DNA of 40,272 nucleotides, taken from a virus. Lineage: Duplodnaviria > Caudoviricetes. Position 1 is the stretch's first letter. Every line of letters starts with the position of its first letter. The notes below the pieces were generated by a model. That model was not told the DNA's origin. It did no database searches and worked only from the letters and a program-made list of their open reading frames with translations. The position numbers and the translations under genes are program-made. Where the stretch lies: the IMG/VR virus record IMGVR_UViG_3300037461_001295, positions 1 to 40,272 of that record; one strand, given 5' to 3'. Positions 25,042 through 32,000 of this stretch are shown here, piece after piece.

Positions 25042-25070
25042 TTGCCCGCGCGCAAGTTTCGGGGTACGTT
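25042..25070 (+). promoter_or_regulatory. Candidate promoter for a leaderless repressor mRNA
   Basis: TTGCCC-17 bp-TACGTT, then ATG 6 nt downstream with no SD. Confidence 0.45.
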
Positions 25071-25076
25071 GCAGTT

Positions 25077-25605
25077 ATGTCACGACCAGAGACGAAAAAA
25101 AAATCTGCATGGCGACATCCCACTATCGCTCTACGAGGAGCTGGAGCGATGGACTGAGGAGCACAAGGGCAATACCAAGCGCCAGTGCATGCAGGCGGCC
25201 ATGGAGCTGTGGCTGAAGTTGCCGGACGTGGTCAAGGCGCTCTCGCTCGTTTGCCACCGGGACAGTCCGCTGTTCCGCAAAGTCGCCGACGAGACCGCGG
25301 TCCGCCTGGCCCCGGTGGCCAGGATTTTCGTGGACGAGCAGTGTCTGGACGCCCGCCGCGAGTTCGAACGGATCGGTCTCGTCGCCCAAGAGTTGCGTCC
25401 CCTGGCCTACGCCCACCTCACGGGCTGGCAGGGCGAGATCCTGGACCGTATCGTCAGGCTCTTCGAAGAGGTCCCGACGGCCGCCGGCCCGGCCACGACG
25501 GAGTCGGGGTTGCAGGACCTGGCAGAATCTGCGGCCGACGACGCCATAGCGCGCAGAGCAGATGCCGGCGGAAAGCCGGCGGGTAGGCGTAAAGCAGGGA
25601 AATGA
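25077..25605 (+). CDS. Putative ribbon-helix-helix repressor, frameshifted at an A9 tract
   Basis: KNLHGDIP-LSLYEELERWTEEH-KGNTKRQCMQAAMELWL fits RHH strand-helix-helix; divergent from the int operon; ATG 25077 is in frame only with A8 instead of A9 (25095-25103). Confidence 0.6.
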
Positions 25606-25794
25606 GTGTCTCCATCGTCTGGTCGTCGGGCAGACTAGCCAAAGCTCGTTCCATCAGCGCGGGCCCTCATCAAAGATGCCATACAAATGCGCTTGCGACC
25701 CCAACCGTCTCGTGATAGTACAACGTCCGGGCCGTCGGGTCTATTGCCGTTTTTTTTTTCGCAAACCGCGTTCCGCGGGGAAAGGGGAGCGTCT

Positions 25795-26232
25795 ATGAAC
25801 CGTCTCGTGATTCTCACCGCCTTGCTGATCGTCGCCGGGCTCGGCCTGAACTGCGCCGAGCTGTCGACCTCTACGGCCGGCTACGGCGAGAGCATCGAAA
25901 TCGTGGCCCTCAAAGACCAGGTGGCCGATATGCGGCGAGAGATGACGGGCCTGGACCGCCGAGTGCAGAATCTCGAACTGCAGGCGATCATCCGGGACCA
26001 GAGCCCCCCCGCCACGCTCAAAGACGAGAACTGGAAAACCGCGAACGAAGCAATCTTGCATACCGCGAGTCAAAAAGGCTGGCTCGCCGCTTTACAGCAG
26101 GCCGTAGACCCCGTGTGGCAAATGGAGATGCACCTCAGTATGTCTCAGGCCGCCGCCTTGTGTAGGGCCATCGAGCCCTTCGCTAACCCCGTCACCCCCG
26201 CAGCTTCACAATCGCCACGAGCAGCCCCGTGA
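25795..26232 (+). CDS. Exported/lipoprotein, lysogenic-conversion or superinfection-exclusion candidate
   Basis: 145 aa MNRLVILTALLIVAGLGLNC; coiled coil; GGGGAG SD; follows the repressor, lower GC. Confidence 0.65.
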   Translation: MNRLVILTALLIVAGLGLNCAELSTSTAGYGESIEIVALKDQVADMRREMTGLDRRVQNLELQAIIRDQSPPATLKDENWKTANEAILHTASQKGWLAALQQAVDPVWQMEMHLSMSQAAALCRAIEPFANPVTPAASQSPRAAP

Positions 26233-26425
26233 CCGTCGAGGCCAGCAGGCTGATCAGGACCGTCGCCCAGAGGGGCAGCCGGTTTCTTAGGGCGTTGACG
26301 GCCTGCCACAGGTCGTCGTGCTCATCCCGGTTCTCCCGCTTCAGGTCCCCACAGGCCCGCTGCAGCTCCTCGATCTCCGCCCCGTGCTTGGCCCCGATCA
26401 CACACTCGCCGTTGCCCATAACCAC
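26192..26425 (-). CDS. Small coiled-coil protein with C-terminal TM helix (lysis-associated type)
   Basis: 77 aa, last gene of the late operon; LPLWATVLISLLASTVTGLLVAIV. Confidence 0.7.
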   Translation of the reverse strand: MVMGNGECVIGAKHGAEIEELQRACGDLKRENRDEHDDLWQAVNALRNRLPLWATVLISLLASTVTGLLVAIVKLRG

Positions 26426-26491
26426 CGTTCCTCGTCGCTCGTTGCTCGTCGCTCGTCACTCGTTGCTCGTCGCTCGTTGCTCGTACGTCGG

Positions 26492-29005
26492 TCACAGTCC
26501 CAGACCGCTGTGGATGCGGTAGCGCACGATCACCCGCATTACGGTGTCGTTCGCCGCGTTGCCCCCGTAGTCCGCCCCCGTGTTGACCAGGACGAGGGCC
26601 TTATTCACCAGGCTCGTCGCCGCCGTCCCGGCGAGGCTGACCGGGATGGCGAAGGCCCCGGTGTCCGCCGTGGCCGTGATGAAGCCGCTGGCCACGATGT
26701 CGGCCGAGGCGGCCGCCCCCGCGTCGTTCGTGTAGCTGATCCGCAGGTCGTCCGGCGACGAAGGCTCCGTCAGGGCGTTGGAGCCGTAGTCCAGCCACAA
26801 GCTCGCGCCGCAGAACTCCAGGAACTTGCCCGCCCCCGGGGCCGCCACGAGCGTCACCGCCGTGTCGGCCAGGTCCTTGAGGTTGGCGTTCGTGAGGTCC
26901 ACGATGGCGATGCTCTCGCGGACGTAGGCGGCAGCGTCCACGTCGCTGTCCTCGTAGAAATCCAGCCACCCGGCCGAGGTCGCGCCGTTGGACACCTGGA
27001 GGCCGGCCAGGGCCTTGAGCAGTCCATTCTGGTCGAGTTGCAGCCGCACCACTTCGCCGGAAGCGTTGCGCGTCGTCCAGTACCAGCCGCCGTAGCCGCC
27101 CGTGGCGTCGCGCAGGCCGTAGAAGCTGATCCCCGTGGTGCCGCTGTCGGTGGAGGTCCCGACGCGCAGGCCGCCGCCGACCCCGTTGGTCGTCGTGTTC
27201 GGCGTCATGAGCAGTTGCCGGGTGGCCGCGCCCGCCGCCTCCGGCTGGAACAGCACGCCGTCGATATAGACCTTCTTGCCCGCCGCAATACTCAGCGCCC
27301 CCGTGCCCGTGGACGGATTCAGATCCACGCCACTAACCTTGCACTCGTAGCCCGCCGTGCTGCCCGCAATGTAGAGACTGTAAGCGCCCGTCGCGGCGGC
27401 GACCAGACTGCCGCCGACGATCGTGGTGTTCGTTCCGTTCTCGTAAAAGGCGTGATAGGCCCCGGTCCCAGTTCGGCCCGTCAGAATGCCGCCGACGAAC
27501 GTGCAGCGGTTGCCCGAGTTATTGACGCCGTATCGCTTATTGGACGCGGTGTAGCAGTCGATGAACTGATGCGTGTTGGAGGAAGCGTCGATCAGGATGC
27601 CGTCGGTATTGGTACGCAGGTCCGCCCCGCTGTGCAGCCGGTACACCCGGCAGCCGGTTGACGTAGAGGTGAAGTGCGCGTTCGCGAAGGCCCCGGTATC
27701 CCCTTCGTCCGAATCCTCAACCTCAACCTCGAAAATCGACAGGTCGCCGCCGGTGACGTACAGCCCCTCCTCGTAGCAGCGATAGATGGTCGAGAACTGA
27801 ACCCAGCCGTACCCGGCCCCATAGTCCACCCCATGCTCCTTGCAGAAGTTGATTTTCAGGTTCGCCAGGTTGATGCAGGCGGCCGTCGCCTCCGTGACGA
27901 TGCCGGAGCCTGACGCCTGATTCTCGCCGTTGCCGTTGAGATAGAGGCCCTGGACCGTGACGTTCTTGGTCCCCGCGGGAATGGAGATCATGTCACAGTC
28001 GGAATCGTCCGCCAGGTACAGTTGCGTATTGGCCGTGTCGGGGACCGTCGAGAAAATCGTCTGGCCGTCGCCGCGTAGGATCACGCCGGCTTTCATTGTG
28101 AGCGTATCGGAAATCAGGTAAGTGCCCGTCGGGAGAACCACTACGCCCCCGCCCGCCGCGTAGGCGGCGTCGATGGCCGCCTGGATGACCGTCGTGCTGT
28201 CCGTCGCCCCGGTCGGATCGGCCCCGGAGTCCGTCACGACGTAAGTCCCGGCGTCGTAGAGGCCGCGGAGCGCCAGGTTGCCCGCCGCCGTACCCAGGCC
28301 CAGACTCGCCAGGGACGACGCCAGGTTCAGATCGTCCAGGACGGCCGTCCAGAGCGGCGAGGCCGCCAAGTCCGGCAGGGCGGAGCCCGTGACGCTCAGG
28401 TTGCCGTCGGCGTCGAAGATCGCGTAGCCGCTCGCCCGGTCCACGGCGCTGGGGACATTGACGTCGTAGCTCTGGCCCTCGGTCTCCGGGATCAGCAGGG
28501 CCCGGTAGAGTTGCCGCTGGAGGTACTGGACCTGGCAGCTCAGCTTGTCGAACGCGTCCTCGATGGCCCCGAGGTTCACGTAATAGCTCCCGTCGATGCT
28601 CGTCGTCTGGGTCAAGGGCGGATACCGGGTGATATGGACCGTCACGGCCGTCGTCGGCGCCGTCGTGAAGGTCACCGTCCCGCCGGGGGTCCCGTCCCAG
28701 TAGTCCCCGTCGCCGTCGTTGTCGGCGACGGTGTAGTCGCTATTGAGCGTCTGGACGCTCTCGGCCCCCGTCGCCGTCGTCCGCAGCACGACCCGGACCT
28801 CCGAGGTCGCGAAGACCCCGAAGGGGAACGTGAACGCCGTCGTCGAGCCGTCGCCGCTATAGCTGATCCCGTCGACCGCCGAATTCACTTCGCCGGCGGC
28901 CACGCCGGCCAGCAGCAGGCCCAGCCCCACCGCCGCCGCCAGCAGCAGCGCCACCCACACCACGCCCGCCATCGCCCGTCGCTCGTCTCTCGTCGCTCGA
29001 TCCAT
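26492..29005 (-). CDS. Tail fibre/tailspike: signal-peptide-like leader, T7 gp17-like N-domain, pectate-lyase-like beta-helix
   Basis: YSGDGSTTAFTFPF...DYTV...GGTVTF...IEDAFDKL; GADPTGATDSTTVIQAAIDAA...GGGVVVLPTGTYLISDTL; AAAGGAG SD. Confidence 0.88.
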   Translation of the reverse strand: MDRATRDERRAMAGVVWVALLLAAAVGLGLLLAGVAAGEVNSAVDGISYSGDGSTTAFTFPFGVFATSEVRVVLRTTATGAESVQTLNSDYTVADNDGDGDYWDGTPGGTVTFTTAPTTAVTVHITRYPPLTQTTSIDGSYYVNLGAIEDAFDKLSCQVQYLQRQLYRALLIPETEGQSYDVNVPSAVDRASGYAIFDADGNLSVTGSALPDLAASPLWTAVLDDLNLASSLASLGLGTAAGNLALRGLYDAGTYVVTDSGADPTGATDSTTVIQAAIDAAYAAGGGVVVLPTGTYLISDTLTMKAGVILRGDGQTIFSTVPDTANTQLYLADDSDCDMISIPAGTKNVTVQGLYLNGNGENQASGSGIVTEATAACINLANLKINFCKEHGVDYGAGYGWVQFSTIYRCYEEGLYVTGGDLSIFEVEVEDSDEGDTGAFANAHFTSTSTGCRVYRLHSGADLRTNTDGILIDASSNTHQFIDCYTASNKRYGVNNSGNRCTFVGGILTGRTGTGAYHAFYENGTNTTIVGGSLVAAATGAYSLYIAGSTAGYECKVSGVDLNPSTGTGALSIAAGKKVYIDGVLFQPEAAGAATRQLLMTPNTTTNGVGGGLRVGTSTDSGTTGISFYGLRDATGGYGGWYWTTRNASGEVVRLQLDQNGLLKALAGLQVSNGATSAGWLDFYEDSDVDAAAYVRESIAIVDLTNANLKDLADTAVTLVAAPGAGKFLEFCGASLWLDYGSNALTEPSSPDDLRISYTNDAGAAASADIVASGFITATADTGAFAIPVSLAGTAATSLVNKALVLVNTGADYGGNAANDTVMRVIVRYRIHSGLGL

Positions 29006-29023
29006 CGAAGACTCCTTTCGTCC

Positions 29024-32000
29024 CTACCGCCGGCGGCGGCGCCGTACGGCGGCCCGCCGGCCCGCGGCTGTCTGCGGTTTGTCGTTCTGGCTGGGCGGTC
29101 CGCCCAGCACGTAGCTCGGATCCAGGTTCCACACCGCCCGCACCAGGTCCCGCGGGCCGGTGTACGGCACGCCGAACCAGGGGGCCAGATTCTTATACAG
29201 CCGGTGCGTCGCGTCCAGGATCTCGGCGTCGTCCACGTCGCCGGCGGCCACCCGCTCGCCCAGGCGGTACAGGTCCGCCCCCGTCTGGGCCAGGCCCTGC
29301 AGGGCCGGCACACCCTCGCCGCCCCAGCCCCGGTACGCCGCCACGACGGCGGGCCCGATCAAGGGGATCATCTCGACGGCCTGGCCGCCGAAGATCTCCC
29401 GGGCGTCGTCGTCGTCGTCGGGCAGCCGGCGGTTCGCGATCATCCACATCAGCGAGGCCTCGATGCCGATGCCGATGAACGTCTTGACGGCCCGCTCATA
29501 CTGGCGGTTCTTCATCAGCATGGGCAGGTCGTAGCTCGTGACGTTCCAGAGCTTGTTCAGCTCGTTGGTGAACTGCGTCAGCAGCAGCAGATACTCCTGG
29601 CTCGTGCGGTAGATCTCGGGCAGCTGGAACACCCGGGCCCCCGCCTGCGTCAGGCTCGTCGCCAGGCGGGCCTGCGCCACCGCCCGCGCCTCGTCGCCGT
29701 GGGCCGCCATCTCGTGCAGGTACACGCCGTACCAGCCGATCGTGCGGCCGACGCTGTCCATCCAGACCAGGCCCCGCATCCCCGCCTCGCCCAGCCACTG
29801 GCGGAGGTCCTCGTACTTGGCCGGGTCGCGGGCCCGCATCTCCTCGAGCTCCCGCTCCAGGGCCGGCCGCTCCGTCAGCGGATCGCGGCTGGTCACGAAG
29901 TCGCGGACCTGCGTCCAGTGCGCCGTCGCCGCCAGGCCCGCCCGCAAGAGATCCAGCCCCGCATAGGGCAGCATCCGCACCATCGAGACCGGCTGCTTGA
30001 TCATCGTCGAGAGCTTGTAGGCCAGAAAGGCAATCGCCGTATTGCGGCGGATCCGCCGGGCCAGCCGCTCCGCCTCGCCATAGGTCCGGTAGATGTTGGG
30101 GTTGCCCACGGCGTCCACGTACCGCCGCAGCATCTCGTGGACCTCCTTGCCGCCGCGGTCCGTCACCGCCGCCCGCACGCCCTCGTCGCTGAGCAGGGCG
30201 TGCAGGTCCTTGACGATCCCGCCCAGGGCGATGTAGTGCTCCTGCCGCTCGATCTGCTCCAGCAGCAGCGTCCAGGCGTCCAAACGGATCGGCTTCTGGT
30301 ACTCGGGCTTGATGTCCTTGCGGCTGATCGTCATGCCCTTCTCCGCGTAGCCCCGCTGGAAGTGGTGCCGCTGCATCATCTCCGTGAGGACCTGTCGCTC
30401 GTCGGGGCTGTAATCCACCTCCATGCGGCGGATCGGCGTGTAGTTGGGCTCGCGGCCCATGTCCCGGTCCTCGGTGTCGATCACCGCCTGCCGCAGCCGG
30501 TCGTAGTGCTGGTCGTAGTGGTCCACGATCCAGTCGGCCAGGGCCTTGAGGTCCGCCCGGGCCTCGACGAACTCCTGCACCCGCGTCTGGTCCGCCTGGC
30601 CGATCCGGTTGCCGAAGGTCACCGCGAGGCGGGCGGAGAGGTTCTGCATGAAGTTGTAGATCCCGATCGCCTGCTGGACCGTGATCGTCTCACCGTTGAT
30701 GATCAGGGCGTCGGCCGTCAGGTCCCGCAGCGTGAGATTCAGCCGCGCCAGCTCCGCCTCCGCCGCCGCCACCCGCGCGCGGATCCGGACCAGCTTGGCG
30801 CTCTCGGCCTCCACCACCCGCTCCCAGAAGATCCGGAAGACCGCCCCGGCGAAGTTGACCCGCCGATCCAGCCAGTCGAAGAGCCGCTCCGGCGTCAGCG
30901 TCGCCGCGTAGCGGTGCCACCAGCGGTCCCGGGCCGTCTCGGCCGGTGGCCGCACGATCGGGGCATCCAGGTCCAGCGGTGGCAGGTCGCCGCCGCGGAC
31001 CGAGTCGATCACCGCCTGCGCGTCGCGGGCCCGGCGGTCGTCCCGGGCGATATTCTCGCGGGTCCGCAGGATCTTGCCCTTACGCCGCAGCTCGCGGACC
31101 GCCCGGGCGATCTGCTCCAGCTCCGCCACCGTCCACTCTGACGGGCTCTTGGCCTTGATGATGGCCAGGGCCTTCGCCGGGGCCTGGGCCTCCGGATGCT
31201 CGGCGAAGAACTTCCGCGCCGCCTGCCGTTCCGCCACGGTCCGCCGCGACCGCCACCGTGGATCGATCTGGCTCTGCAGCTCCTCGATGGCCGCCCGCTG
31301 GTCGAAGGCCACGGTCTTGCCCACCGGCCGGCGGATCGACGCCAGGAGCTTGGCCACGTACTCCCGCAACTGCTTGCGGGCCTTGACCCGCTGCTGCTGG
31401 GCGCGGTAGGCCGCCCGGGCCTGCGCCACACCCTCAGCCGTCCCGGCCCGGTAGGCGTCCACCAGGGCCTCCCGCAGCCGCTTGAGCTCCGCCGCGTCCT
31501 CCAGCAGGCCGCTGATCAGCTTGCCGAAGAGGACCTGCTTCTCCGCCTCGACGATCTGCTCGGCCACCTTCTCGGCGTCCACCGCCTCGATCTCGGCCTG
31601 CTGCTCGGCCGTCAGGGTCTCCGTCGCCAGGACCTGCCCGACCGACAGGTCCCCCGTGAGCTGGCCGGCCTTGATCGCCTCCCACTCCGCCACCAGTCGC
31701 TTGTGCCAGGCGCGGGGTTTCTCGGGCACGTCCAGCGACCAGGCCCGGACCCAGGCCGAATCGGGGTTGCCCAGCTCCGCCCCGAGGCGGGCCATGAACT
31801 GCCGGAAGTCCAGACTCCCCGGGTGCGGATCGGCCGGGTCCGCCACCGTACCCCCGGCGATCAGGATGTCCCCGTAGTCCGCCCGGTCCATCCCGGCCGC
31901 CTCACCAATCGCCGTCAGGGCCTGGTTGACCTCGAACGCCCCCAGCCCCGCCCGCAGGAGGCGGCGCTTCTCGGCCAGGATTTCCAGGAAGGGATCGCCG

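Noticed and set aside
26492-29005. BPP-1-type diversity-generating retroelement acting on the tail fibre
   Set aside because: No reverse transcriptase motif and no adenine-mismatched TR/VR pair seen; the 69-bp repeat at 539-694 is exact and tandem
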